In this document: positions 11,882 through 24,290 of the stretch, piece by piece | Layout of the letters: each line of letters opens with the position of its first letter | Position numbering within the stretch: position 1 is the stretch's first letter | From: Amphiscolops sp. MND2022 | Lineage: Eukaryota | Direction of reading: 5' to 3' | NCBI GenBank assembly: GCA_964187785.1 | Contig: OZ076413.1 | Location: 20,956,001-21,020,000, forward strand | DNA length: 64,000 bases | Notes under the pieces: generated by a model | What the model was told of the DNA's origin: nothing | The model's database searches: none | Seen by the model: the letters and a program-made list of their open reading frames with translations, nothing else | Position numbers and translations under genes: made by a program

Positions 11882-12875
11882 CGACGTTTTCTTTTGGCAA
11901 TCAAATGACGAAGATTGTGACTGTATTGGCGACTTCGAAAATTGCGAGATTACTTGCTGCGGGTCAGTTGTTACTGCAACAGTGATGATCAACGATCCGT
12001 TCCTGCGACAGGGCATGGTCGTTGATGACGAAGGAAAAGAATTTTTTGTCTGTCATCGACAATTAAGGGCAAGCTTGCCTGATCATCATAATGAGACTGC
12101 TCAAGATGACACCAACGAAGAACCTGAATCACCTCCGACCATAATCTAATCGATTCCAGGTCTCCCGTACCAAAAAAGCGATGCCTCCCAAACACTACCG
12201 TTCGTGGATGCAATAGCTTTGATACCACACAGTGACGAGAACGTTGAGTTAAAGCGTGCGCCATGCTATAACAACATCCTGAAAGTTGGTTCTCTCACCA
12301 ACTATGCAAACGCTACGTTTGAGGTAAAAGAACTGTTTTTTGATTGCAGCAAACGAAAAGCGTTTGGTAAATTGATAGGAAAAACAACCCCCGATAATGA
12401 AGTACGCATGCCCGCACTAGAAGTTCAAGTTATCGAAGACGAAATAAAAGAATTCATAATCCACACTCTAGTTCATCCTATTAACCATGCATTCGCGGTG
12501 CTTTCAGCAGTAAAAAGGATGGTTGGATTTGCAAAGAAAAAACAATCAATGCCCAAATTATTAATTCCAGCGACGCCATTGACCCGTAAAACGTGTGGTT
12601 TTGAAACGACGTCCTCAAAAGAAACAGTGAAATTCTCTGGGGATATCAGCAATGATATCAAAGGGTCTAATCAGTCATGGGACAGTGTGCTTGGGACACG
12701 ATGGGATGTAATCGCAAAGAACAAAGAAGGTGAAGATGCCTTCATCAAATTTTTGAGGTTCACAGAACATCGTGAATTCGGGTTTTTCATGATCCGATGT
12801 AGATTTTTAGCATGTCGTGGTCACTTCAAGTGTTCAGATAGTTATCGATCATTAAATCAAACCAGTGTACAATGA
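11871..12875 (+). pseudogene. Orphan ~334-codon frame split by a single TAA (12147-12149); Cys-rich N-terminus
   Basis: ORFs 11871-12149 and 12204-12875 are in the same frame and the codons between them are open (...PPTII*SIPGLPYQKSDASQTLPFVDAIAL...). Confidence 0.55.
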
Positions 12876-13019
12876 ATGACAAACCCAACGTCCTGTAGTT
12901 CTACAAACTCCCTGATTTCATAGTGTGTTATAGAGTAAAAAATACGTGACTCACAGAATGTATTGTTACTGTGTTTTATGCTATCCTCAAGTGAAAACGT
13001 CTTCTGAACTTCTTTTGAA

Positions 13020-13300
13020 TCTTTAGGCAGGTTGTTTACAAACAACTTTGAGACAGTTGCGATAGAGCGCACAGAGCACTCTATCACATCTAGGAACATA
13101 AATTTTCGGCACAGCGGAGAATTGCCTGAAACGCCGAAATTTAGGGTTCGTTTCACAGCTTTTGCCATTCTGTTGAGTTTTGCCAATATAAATACTGTTC
13201 TAGGGTTGAAGAATGGAAAGAATAGTGGTACACTGTGTTTTCTGGCATTAACGGTGCGCATGACACTCATACATGAATTGGCACTTTATTTCAATTTGCC
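13020..13300 (-). pseudogene. Orphan family X member containing FRRFRQFSAVPKIYVP, in a frame absent from the ORF track
   Basis: A 52-bp segment at about 13092-13143 matches 26083-26134 at 40/52 positions. In this minus frame 13/16 residues are identical, with several synonymous changes. Confidence 0.6.
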
Positions 13301-13350
13301 ACTAACAGGTTTTTACCAATAATAAAAGTGTTTACGTTTTAGCAAGTTTC

Positions 13351-13380
13351 TCACACTCTGACACCATCCCCCTTTTATAC
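13351..13380 (-). promoter_or_regulatory. Conserved TATA + initiator-like core promoter motif (TATAAAAGGGGGATGGTGTCAGAGTGTGAG); related copies at about 26021-26053 and 36496-36530
   Basis: Three diverged copies on the same strand, each upstream of a homologous actattcttt-containing segment. Confidence 0.55.
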
Positions 13381-13688
13381 TAATTGGATAATAGGCAATT
13401 AATTAAATTAATACTATAGTATAAGGAGTAGCTCCGTTTACTACCAAAGTTTGTGCGCTCTGCACAAGGTGACTGGATACTACTGGATCAATAATGAAAC
13501 AGTTAATAGTTCAACAAAACTAAAATGTAGATGTTTGATTCATTTTTTGTGTTTCAGGCTTCACTTTAACATACACTTGACTAAATCTGGAAAAATTTAG
13601 CTGATGATTACTTTCTAATGTTCGATTCATTTTGGTAGGTTTGGCGTTTTCGCGTGTAATGGTACAAGGAGTAATTGAGTAAACAAAA

Positions 13689-15090
13689 ATGATTCGCAGA
13701 ACGATTGACCAATCAGAAGCGAGAACGCGCTTATTTACTGTAGAGCAGAACAACAATGTGCTTCAAACTGCCAAATTAAACAAAAGTGTCAAAAATGAAC
13801 GTATATCAAACAGCGAATTAATGGCAGCTAATTCCAAAATTAGCAGAGTTTACGTTCAAGCGAATTATGAAAAAGATAAGCAATTACAAAAAATTATCCG
13901 TCTTCTTCAAAAGCGCGACTCATCGCAAATTGCACGCCTTCCCCTCCTTGGAGGGAAAAGTTTAACTCCCTTAGCTTCGATTCAAAGAATCTGTTGTATC
14001 TCGCTAGAAGATTAGTTATCCCAAAAGATATGCGAGAAAACATGCTAACAGCAATCCTTTTCGGACACGCGGGTAAAGACGCCATGCTGAGAGAGGCAGC
14101 CGACGTCTGGTGGACAAAAACTTATGAGGAAATTGTTGAGAAGGCCAACAACTGCCCAGAATGTATTAGAGCAGGTAAGAACACAAATTGCCTTAAAAAC
14201 CAAAAAGAGTTCAGAACGCTGCCTAAGTCGGAAAAACCAAATGAGGTCCCTTTCAAAACTAAGAACCGAGATTGGAAAGGATGGGAAGTCAGCGTTCGAA
14301 CGGTATTAAAAGAAAAAACCATTTACATTAAAATCTGCAATGGTAAATGAAATTATTTCAGACCGAGATCCCGCACTCCAGGTTGAAGAAGAGGACTTCA
14401 GCCCAGACGTGGATTCCACGCCAAGGTTTCAATCCGTGAAAGGGCCAGAGGGTCTAAACTGGAAAGAACCCTCGCCAAAAAGAAGTCCAGGATGGTTCTC
14501 TGAGTCTGGACAAACAGTTACAATTTTGCCTGATAAAGGAAAACCTTTGATGCTGTCCAAGAGGGATGTGGAGGTCAAACGGCACAAAACGACAAAGAAA
14601 GTAAGCGTGGAAAAAAAGAAGAAAGGCCACAATGCAGCAAAATGGCAAATACAAAGATTCTCGCAGAAAGAAGACGAGTATTCCTGGCCCCAGCCTCGTC
14701 AAGTGAAGAAGAAAATGACGAGACTGAAATGAGGGACGAAGTCAATCAATGTCAGCAGCAAAGTGGGAAAAGAGCCGATACTGAACGATCCCATTTAAGA
14801 TGAGCAGTTATACCCAAACCCAATTCCAGAACCGGAGCAAACTACGGAGGTCGAAGAAGGCGAGGTCACGGAGGCGACCAAATCGGAGTCAGAGACAATT
14901 GCAAACGAGCAATCGGAGGAAGAAGAAGGAGAAGTTTCCGGAAATGTTCCCATTCAAGGAGAAGCGAGTTGGGAAGTAACGAAGAAGAAGACGCGATCGG
15001 GCCGCGTAGTGAGAAAACCAGAATGGCTGGGACAGAACGTCATGGTCAGCACAATCGAAAAGAAGTCTGCAGAAAAAGAGCCAGAAAATT
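13689..15090 (+). mobile_element. Internally deleted Gypsy remnant (integrase Zn domain and C-terminal tail)
   Basis: RLVIPKDMRENMLTAILFGHAGKDAML...WW...NCPEC and a C-terminal TRSGRVVRKPEWLG. No LTRs found. Confidence 0.85.
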
Positions 15091-15521
15091 GAAACACCTC
15101 ACATTTAACCTGAAACTAATTTACATTGTTAAAATACAATTGAAGCCTAACGGCTGTTTTAAGTTTGTATTACTGTTATTACTTAAAATTAAAGGTAATT
15201 GAATTTGACAAGTTGCGTAAATCCACAAATTCTAATCCCTATTCCCTAAGGTACAATTTAGTCACTTCATACCCATTTGCCACTTCTGCTTGTTTTGCCA
15301 AGTTGTAGCTAAACGTCAACAGTTAATTCCGCACCTTTTTCACTTTTTTATTTACTTCGTCAAATGCTTTTTCATGATGTTCAGTCCAATTCATCAAGTG
15401 TTATGTCCCCAACTACAATAAAGTTGCAGCTTGTATGTTTAAAATTTCGAATAAGAAATGAAACAAAAACTTTGTTGAATGACAGAAGTGAAAATAAACA
15501 GAATAAGGGTGAATAAAAACA

Positions 15522-18500
15522 TCAATATAGATCAAAGAGTTCACCCTTTTTAGGGATAGTTCTAATTCCTTTCAATGAAGCCACCATTGGTAGTGCACGA
15601 GGTCGGAAATTGTTTTCGCAAAACGTTGGAGTTTGCGAATTCTCCCTCAGCAGTTCGACTGTCGAAACACGGGTCTCGCGCGACTCACTCAAAACATCTA
15701 CACTGTTAATGTAAACGAGAAAGGTTGCGTAAGAGTCACCAAGGCATTTATTGCTGACACACGCCAGATATTTTTCGGGGATTGCGACATCTTGCAAGGT
15801 TCCGGTTGGTTGTTTCCTGCCCAAAAGCAATCCAACTTGCTCATGCAAAACTGTGGATGAACCTGCAAATTAAAAAGAAAGTAAGTTTTATGTGTGAAAC
15901 ACAGAAAAGTTTAAAATGAACAAGTCTTCTAATTCAAGTCGTAAATACCTCTCGGACGGCCATCTCATTAACAATTCTTTTCACTGCGTCGAATAAAGGA
16001 AATTTGAGGGACAAGCTCTCTGAAGTTTTTCTGTTGCAGTGAGAAGAAGCAATGCCAGCAGCTCGGGAAGATCAGGGAAATTGTCATCCGCGTAAGTTCT
16101 CGAATGGTTAAGGATCATCATCTCCCGTATCATAGGGATGTGTCCAAAGGCCTAAAAATTGTTCCCCACTGCAATTGAGTCATCTGTAACGATTTGATTG
16201 AGGAAAGACCTAGAATTATATTTTGGTTCTAATGGTGAGTAAAAATGTTACTCACGAATGAGTCAAAAATTATTCATGATTATTGTCACATAAAATTTAG
16301 TTTTGAGCCAATGTTTTTGTTATTGCAAGTCAGAGAGTCAAAATTTAACAGAATCTGCCATATTTCTTTGACTAGCCAGATATTAAGAAATGCCAGCATT
16401 ACTCAAAACGCCTTTCAAAATTGAACGGCATAATAAAACCTAAATTTTGACGTACTACCTATCCCTTTGGTAGTTGTTTTTTTTTACATTTTTAGATATG
16501 TATGTTGTTTCCTAGCCACATGTATAAAGATATGGTCCTACTTTCCACAGTCGTTTTCATGGCCATCGAACAATGAATGCTATTTGGGTGGAAACCAGGA
16601 CAATTTGCTCAGAAAGGTGGAAACCAGGACAATCTAGTCAGACTTAAATTTTACCCCCTTTGGTAGTTGTTTTCTTACAGTATAATGTATGTATGTGGTT
16701 CCCACGACACTAGTATAAATATATGGTCTTACTTTCCATAGTTGATTTTGCTCATTCGCCAGATTTTGCTGCCAGATTTTGATGACAAGTCAGAAAGTAT
16801 TAAACGCCATGATGTTTTAAAACGCAATTCAGAATTGAGCAATATTTCATGACCATAAAACGGTATATTAAAATTTAAATTTTGACGTACTACCACATTT
16901 GATAATTGTTTTCTTACAGTTTAATGTATGCGGTTTCCACGACATGTGTATAAACAATTAGTCATAGCAAGGATAAAAATATTAGATTTGAATAATAATA
17001 TTTCGTATAAATTTTAGTTTCGAGCCAAATTGCCTGCATAACCCATAGAGACTATAAAAGACCATAATACCTTTCGTGAGGACGAAATGAAGCTAGTTGG
17101 CAGGCCTAACTAGCATGTCACTGGTTGTAACAGTGAGTCGGAGACATCCTTCTTCCAGTTCATTGATGACATTGAAGAATGTGGGTCTAAAACCTCAAAC
17201 TAAATCAAAATAAGTTTTCATGCACTGTTCCTGTAGTTATAGGTGACCATTGTTTTGTTGAAAGGAATTGATCTCTAAATGCTGTAAAAAACTTTTCGTT
17301 AGTTTCAATTAAAATTTCTTACGTTTGGTCATATTTGCATCTTACAATTTCTCGAATATTGCCATATTCTCTGTTGTTGGCTTGAACAAGAAAAAAATTT
17401 CTCGCCACGAAGAACAGTATAGCAAACAGAAGTTGCTGAAAAGTCTTGGTGCCAAGGTGTGTGCGCTGGGTCCTGTGTAATTAGCAGATAATATGAAGTG
17501 GCATAGGAATAGGGCTCGAGGCTAGTCTTCCCAATGAGTTTTTCAACCAGGTGACCAATGGAATTGTCTCTCACCAACTTTGTGCCGTGTACAGCTTCTT
17601 TAATACAAAAATTTATTTTGAAAAAAAATGAAAATGGTTGAAAAAGTAGATTATTCTTTCATCATGTTTCCCAACTCACTTTTGGCTCCATCCTGATATC
17701 GATAACATTCAATGGATAATTCACGTCATCGGGGCCACATGAATTCAAAGCATCTACGAACTCCGGTATGGATAGAGATTGCCTCTGAAATTAGGAAGTA
17801 ATCATATTGTTTTTTTTTGAAAAAAAAAGAAAAAATAAATTTTGTGAAAGAATTTTGAATGGTAGAAAATCAAAGTAAAACACATGAATCCAAAATTCGA
17901 GGCAATTTGGTTTCAAAAAAGGAACAGTATTTTAGCGAAAAGATGATGAAAAACCTACAGTGCCGATCTTTGCCGATTTCACATCTAGTTGCTGCTCCGG
18001 ATCAGCCAATTTTGATGCCATCAGGAGTTGCTGGACTTCACTGGGACAATCCGCACTCCTGCCAACTTTGGGCAGCTTTATACCGGGACAGTGGTTTGCA
18101 CCACCTTTCCAAAGAAGAGGTTTGCCTTGTTCCAACAGAGAGCCTAAATGCACACTTTGATTCTTCTGAGGACCCTGCCACTCGTCGAAAGAAAACCCAC
18201 ATTCCAGAGGAAGCCTCTCACAAAATTCAAAGTACCCTGTGGTACCTAAGGAGATGGAGGATACTCTGAGAAGGTGACATCAACAGGCATTGGTGCTAGG
18301 GCTACTTGGCAAGATAGTGATCTTGCGACGTGATTCCGGAGTACGTACTGGTACGCGAACAACTTGTCACAACTCACACAAATATGGGGACTTTTATGAT
18401 GACCTTTTGCAGCTGCTGGAAGACACCATGTGTAAACACAAACATTTGTCAATTTCCCTTCCAAACACCCCCCCCAAAACCTTTACATCTTTCAAGATCA

Positions 18501-18938
18501 TAAGTATTGGAACAAAATACTCAATATATTAAGTTTTGTTAAATAACTCACGATATTTGTACATGGACACTTCTATGCCGGCATCAATCTTGGTTTTCTG
18601 CTTGACTTAGCATTTAACGTTCTTTTGATGGCGCATCCGACTTTTCTTGTTAGTGCACAACTGTCCACAATTCTCACAGGTCACTTCATTTTTCTTCCAG
18701 TCCTCATAGGGCATCCCTGTGCACTGCTTCTCATGACGCTGGAGGTTGAACAACCGATCAGTGACGTAATCACAGGTGCCATTGGTACAAGAAAATAGGT
18801 TGTTTTTTTTTGAAAATAAGCTTTTTTGTATTTCTTGTATGATGGTGCTTCATTCTGGCTTTTATTATTCGGCAATAACTGACCGCATTTCTCACAGGTG
18901 ACTGCTTGTTACTGCGATGAGCAAGCCTGACCAGACAT
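15522..18938 (-). pseudogene. Spliced zinc-finger + JmjC histone-demethylase-like pseudogene (KDM2/KDM7-type JmjC)
   Basis: Exons about 18938-18552, 18415-17959, 17784-17680, 17600-17346, 17186-17071, 16183-15949 and 15862-15522, mostly phase-consistent. JmjC motifs LNVIDIRME, HTPWHQDFSATSVCYTVLRGEK, PAN*LHFVLTK and DDSIAVGNNF. N-terminal C2H2/C2HC fingers. In-frame stops at 17093-17095 and 16152-16154, among others. Confidence 0.88.
16220..16960. repeat. Composite repeat block (P palindrome + linker + ~190-bp R units) inside a JmjC intron; R units also at about 3820, 11500, 19320-19720, 21120-21310, 22825-23140 and 25650
   Basis: Recurrent ttggtagttgttttcttacag...gtatgtggtttccacgacacatgtataaagatatggtcttactttcc...gtggaaaccaggacaat. 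Confidence 0.88.
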
Positions 18939-20340
18939 CTGGAATATAGGTTTAAAAAAGAAAAACATCAATTGCATCGAGATTTTTTAAAGTCCTCAAA
19001 ATTGAGAAAAATCCTTGGAAATAAGGTTGAAATTTTATATGATATTGCTTTGCAATCTTACCTTGAGTACTGAGAGTTCGGATAGGTAAGTATGTCTCGA
19101 AAGCTTTGCACAAAGAGCAATGAAATGGTAAAATTGACAATGAATCAAAATTGCAAATTACGAACTACACGTGAGTTTTCACGGACTATGGTTGACCAAA
19201 GAATCAGAAGATTGACTTCTCTTTTCACAAGTATTTAGTCACACTTAATTGATTGTTAGTTTGCGTTAGCTACTTCGCTTGCCTTCTCCACGTTCACTTT
19301 CGCTTGAAACCAAAGTGTCATTTTGGTGGAAACCAGGACAATATGCTCAAAATTGTGGAAACCAGGACAATACAGCAGATTGAAATATTGACGTACTACC
19401 CCCTTTGGTAGTTGTTTACTCACAGTTTAAGATATGTATGTGGTTTCCGCGACACATGTATAAAGATATGGTCTCACTTTCCAAAGTTGTTATCATGGCC
19501 ATTGAGCAAAGAGTGCTATTTTGGTGGAAACCAGGAGAATATGCTCAAAACATTGGAAACCAGGACAATACAGTCAGTCTTAAATGCTGACGTACTACCT
19601 ACCCCCTTGGGGGTTTTCTTGCAGTTTAAGATACGTATGTGGTTTCCACGTTACATGTATAAAGATATGGTCTTACTTTCCATAGTCGTTTTGGGACCAT
19701 TCAAAAACGAGCTCATTCGTTGAGTGCTAATGAAAACATGGCAATTGATCAAAATCTGCCGTATTTTAATGACAAGACAGTTATTAATAAATGCCATATT
19801 TTCATAAAATGCCATGCAAAATGGATCAGTGTTTTCGTGAGACTAGAACTTTTGAGACGAATTTCGTGTTTATTACAAGTCAAAGAGAAAAATAATCGTT
19901 GCTATTTCATGTCATGATGGTTGGGGACACAGGGGACAACTTATGGTCGCGTTTACAATGTTCAAATTCAGCTTCAAAACGTTCTGATTCACGGTTCAAA
20001 AGCAATAGCTGAACAAAGAGAAATTGTTCATCTCACCTGTCCGTAATTGGGATTCTAATTAATTGTTAGCTCAAAAAAGTTGTTTATCAATGTCCGCGTG
20101 TTCATTGAAGAAAGCGAGTAATGCATTAAAGCCAATTTAGGTTTGAAAAAGCGCGAAAGTACCGTGAACAAAAGGGACGTTCCCTTTAGTTGAAATCGTT
20201 CAATGCTTGCTGAATTTTCAGTTACTGGTTTAACCAGTCTGGTATTCATTCATTTGCAATACTGCCTAGCGAAAACTTGCATAACTTCGAAACCAAATTT
20301 TCTTACCTTAGTTTTTGATACCTTCTTCTCATATCACAAA

Positions 20341-21060
20341 ATGTCTCAGTGCATTGTCTGCCACAAAGAAACCCGAACGAGCCTCCGCGAACAGCACTTC
20401 ATCTGTGAGGAATGCCGCAATCATTGTATTGACGTAAAGGATCGCGACAACGAGCGCAGAGGGTGGGCACAGGCGGAAGTAGTGTACCGGAAGCAGTGTG
20501 TCCTACGGGACGGGCCTAGTGGAAGCGCTCGATCCGTTTTTCGGATTTACAATGCGATGAGAACAGAGACTTCATCAAACACAACTTTTTTATTCGATCC
20601 ATTTTTATCGTCACATTTTAACGTTCTTTTTTTGCTGCCATTCAACCAAATGATTGACGACGATTTGTGTTAGAATTATACCAAAATTTCTCCCTTCCAA
20701 AACTCGTTTATTGATGCTGTTCAATCATGTGATAATTACAGAAAATATGTATCCGAATTTCCTTATTTGTTATTTTTATTTGTTGTTCATATGGTTGAAA
20801 AGTTTTGCACCGAGTGATACCGAAAAGTTTTGTACCGACTGCCAGCCCTGGTAGGTAGTCATACCGACATGAAAAGCTCAGACAGCGAAGCATACGACGC
20901 CGCCAGCACTGTTGAATTTACACCTTCGCCGCCCATTTCGAAACTGATGAACTCTTACAAAAGATTACCGGTACATTACCTTGTATTACCTTGTTTTAGA
21001 CTCAGAATTGTAAAACAAGCGTTTTTTGGCAAAAAGATTGAATTGGCAAACTTTGCATAA
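20341..21060 (+). pseudogene. Intronless ~240-codon orphan gene with an N-terminal RING-like Zn finger and two in-frame stops
   Basis: aaaATG MSQCIVCHKETRTSLREQHFICEECRNHC. ORFs 20203-20673 and 20830-21060 share a frame, separated by TAG (20671) and TGA (~20814). Confidence 0.65.
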
Positions 21061-22220
21061 CAGACAGTATGAGTGAGGAAGTTATTTTGGATCTTTTCTG
21101 TTAATTCCCCCCACTGGAAACCAGAACAATTTGCTCACAATGGTGGAATCCAGGACAATACAGTCAGATTTAAATATTGCAGTTTTACCCCCTTTGGTAG
21201 ATGTTTCCTTACAGTATTATGTATGTATGTGGTTTCCACGACACATGTATAAATATATGGTCCTACTTTCCACAGTCGTTTTAGGACCATTCAAGAACGA
21301 GCTCATTCGTTGAATGCTTATAAAAAAATGGCAGTTGATGAACATCTGCCATATTTCGATGACAAGACAGTCATAAATAAATGCCACGTTTTCAAAAAAT
21401 GCCATACGGAATGGTTTTCAGTGTTTTTGTGTGACTAGGACTTTTGAGACAAACTTTGTGTTTATTACAAGTCGGAGAGACAAAATTTGCCCATATTATC
21501 TTTCGTTAGGACAAAATACTTGCCTCTTAGTTTTGCAATATGAAGGAAGATTTTGTGAAAATTTGGTCCCAATGGTATTTTTTACTACCGATTGGGATCA
21601 AATTTTTTCTGGTTCCATTTCACGTTTGAATTAATTCTGAGACGATCTTCGTTGCTATTACATGTCATTATTGGGGACATAGGAGATAAATTATGGGCGG
21701 TCTGGTCACGTCTGCAATATTCACTTTCAGCTTCAAAATCCTGTAATTTATATCTATCTGATTTTTTTGAATTTGTCTCAGACTTTCTTTTCAAGAATTA
21801 CCTACAATTTGAAGTTGACTCAATTGAAATATAAAGAAGTGGCTGTGAAGCAGCGAGGTTCTGATTCACAGTTCAATAGCAATAGCTGAACAAAGAGAAA
21901 CTGTTGATCTCACTTGTCCGTAATTAAGGTTCTAATCAAATGTTAGCTCGAAAAAGGTTGTTAATGTGTCTGCCTGTTAAGTAAAGAAGGCGAGTAATGC
22001 ATCAAAGCCGGTTTAAGTTTGAAAAAACGCGAAGGGATAGTGAGCAAAGGAGACGTTCCCTTTATTTGAAATTTTCAATGTTTGCTGAAATTTCAGTTAC
22101 TGGTTTAACCAGTCTTTCATTTGCAATACTGCCTAGCAAGAACTCGCATAACTTCCAAACCCAGTTCCAATTCTGCTCTGTCTCTTACCTGTTTTTGTTT
22201 ATTTTACCTTCTAACATAAA

Positions 22221-22470
22221 ATGCATCAGTGTATGGTTTGCCGTGAAGAAAACGCGACAAGTGTCCTCCACGACCAACACTTCTTTTGTGAGAAATGCCG
22301 CGATCATTAGATCGACGTAAAGGATCGCGAAAACGAGCACAGAGGGGTGGCCCCAATCGAAACTGGAAGTTGCGTGCCCCCTTTGCCGGAAGCACTGTAT
22401 TTTAAGGAACGGGCCGAGTGGAAGCGCGAGCTTCGACCCGTTCTTCGGATTTAGAATGCGGTGAAAAAAG
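22221..22470 (+). pseudogene. Truncated paralog of the RING-like Zn-finger ORF
   Basis: MHQCMVCREENATSVLHDQHFFCEKCRDH* followed by IDVKDRENE. Confidence 0.7.
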
Positions 22471-24045
22471 AGACTTGTAAATCGAGATGAAACCGCCCAG
22501 TCGTGAACTTGAACAAATTACATTGTGAACGTATTACATTGTACTTGTCATACAAAGTACGTGTTTATTCGTTTAGCCAATTTTCGTTGCTACTAGAAGT
22601 CAGAGAGACAGAATATGTCCATGATATCTTTTGTGCGACAAAAAGCCGGCCTCTAAAAACGTCAACCAATCGAAAATGGATTATTTTATCAAATTCTGCC
22701 ATATTTTAATGACAAGCCATATATAAATAATTATCAGAATATTCTAAAGCGTCATTCAAGAGTGAGCAATACTTCCATGACACTATTACGGTATATTAAT
22801 CTTTACATATTGAAATACTACATTTGGTAGTTGTTTTCTAACAGTTTAAGATATGTATGTGGTTTCCATGACACATGTATAATGATATGTTCTTACTTTC
22901 CACAGTCGCTTTCATGGCCATCGAACAATGAAAACTATCTTGGTGGAAACCAGGACAATTTGCTCACAATGGTGGAACCCAGGACAATACAGTCAGATTT
23001 GAATATTGCCGTACTACCCTCTTTGGTAGTTGTTTTCTTACAGTATAATGTATGTATGTGGTTTCCACGACACATGTATAAATATATGGTCTTACTTTCC
23101 ACAGTCGTTTTAAGACCATTCAAGAACGAACTCATTCGTTGAATGCTTATAAAAAAATGGCAGTTGATGAAAATCTGCCTTATTTTGATGACAAGACAGT
23201 TATAAATAAATGCCACGTTTTCAAAAAATGCCATACGGAATTGTTTTCAGTGTTTTTGTGACTAGGACTTTCGGGGCAAATTTTGCGTGTATTACAAGTC
23301 AGAGAGACTAAATTCGCCCATACTCTCTTTCGTTAGGACAAAATACTTGCCTCTTAGTTTTTCAAAATGAAGGAAGATTTTGTGAAAATTTGGTCCCAAT
23401 GGTATTTTTACTAACGTTTGGGATCAAAATTTTTCTGGTTCAATTCCACGTTTGAATTACTTTTGAGACGATCTTCGTTGCTATTACATGTCATGATTGG
23501 GGACATAGGAGATAGATTATGGGCGGTCTGGTCACGTTTGCGATATTCACATTCAGCTTCAAAATCCTGTAATTTATATCTATCTGAATTTTTTGATTTT
23601 GTCTCAGACTTTCTTTCCAAGAATTACTTACATTTTGAAGTTGTCTCAATTTAAATATAAAGAAGTGGCTGAGAAGCAGCGAGGTTCTGATTCACAGTTC
23701 AATAGCAATAGCTGAAAAAAGAGAAACTGTTGATCTCACTTGTCCGTAAAAAGGTTCTAATTAAATGTTAGCTCGAAAAAGGTTGTTAATGTGTCTGCCT
23801 TTTCTGTAAAGAAGGCGATTAATGCATCAAAGCCGATTTAGGTTTGAAAAAACGCGAAGGGATAGCGAGCAAAGGAGACGTTCCCATTATTTGAAATTTT
23901 CAATGTTTGCTGAAATTTCGAGTACTGGTTTAACCAGTCATTCATTTGTAATACTGCCTAGCAAGAACTCGCATAACTTCCAAACCCAGTTCCAATTCTG
24001 CTCTGTCTCTTACCTGTTTTTGTTTATTTTACCTTCTAACATAAA

Positions 24046-24290
24046 ATGCATCAGTGTATGGTTTGCCGTGAAGAAAACGCAACAAGTGTCCTCCACGACC
24101 AACACTTCCTTTGTGAGAAATGCCGCGATCTTGGATCGACGTAGAGGATCGCGAAAACGAGCGCAGAGGGGTGGCCCAGGCGAAACTCTAAGTTGCGTGC
24201 CCCCTTTGCCGGGACCACTGTATTCTAAGAAACGGGCCGAGTGGAAGCGCGAGAATCGACCCGTTCTTCGGATTTAGAATGCGGTGAAAA
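24046..24290 (+). pseudogene. Truncated paralog of the RING-like Zn-finger ORF
   Basis: MHQCMVCREENATSVLHDQHFLCEKCRD, then a 1-bp deletion. Confidence 0.7.

Noticed and set aside
12857-13270. ORF-track protein 12857-13270 (and 26034-26312) as the real product
   Set aside because: Substitutions between the homologous segments fall on second codon positions in that frame; a different minus frame is far better conserved.
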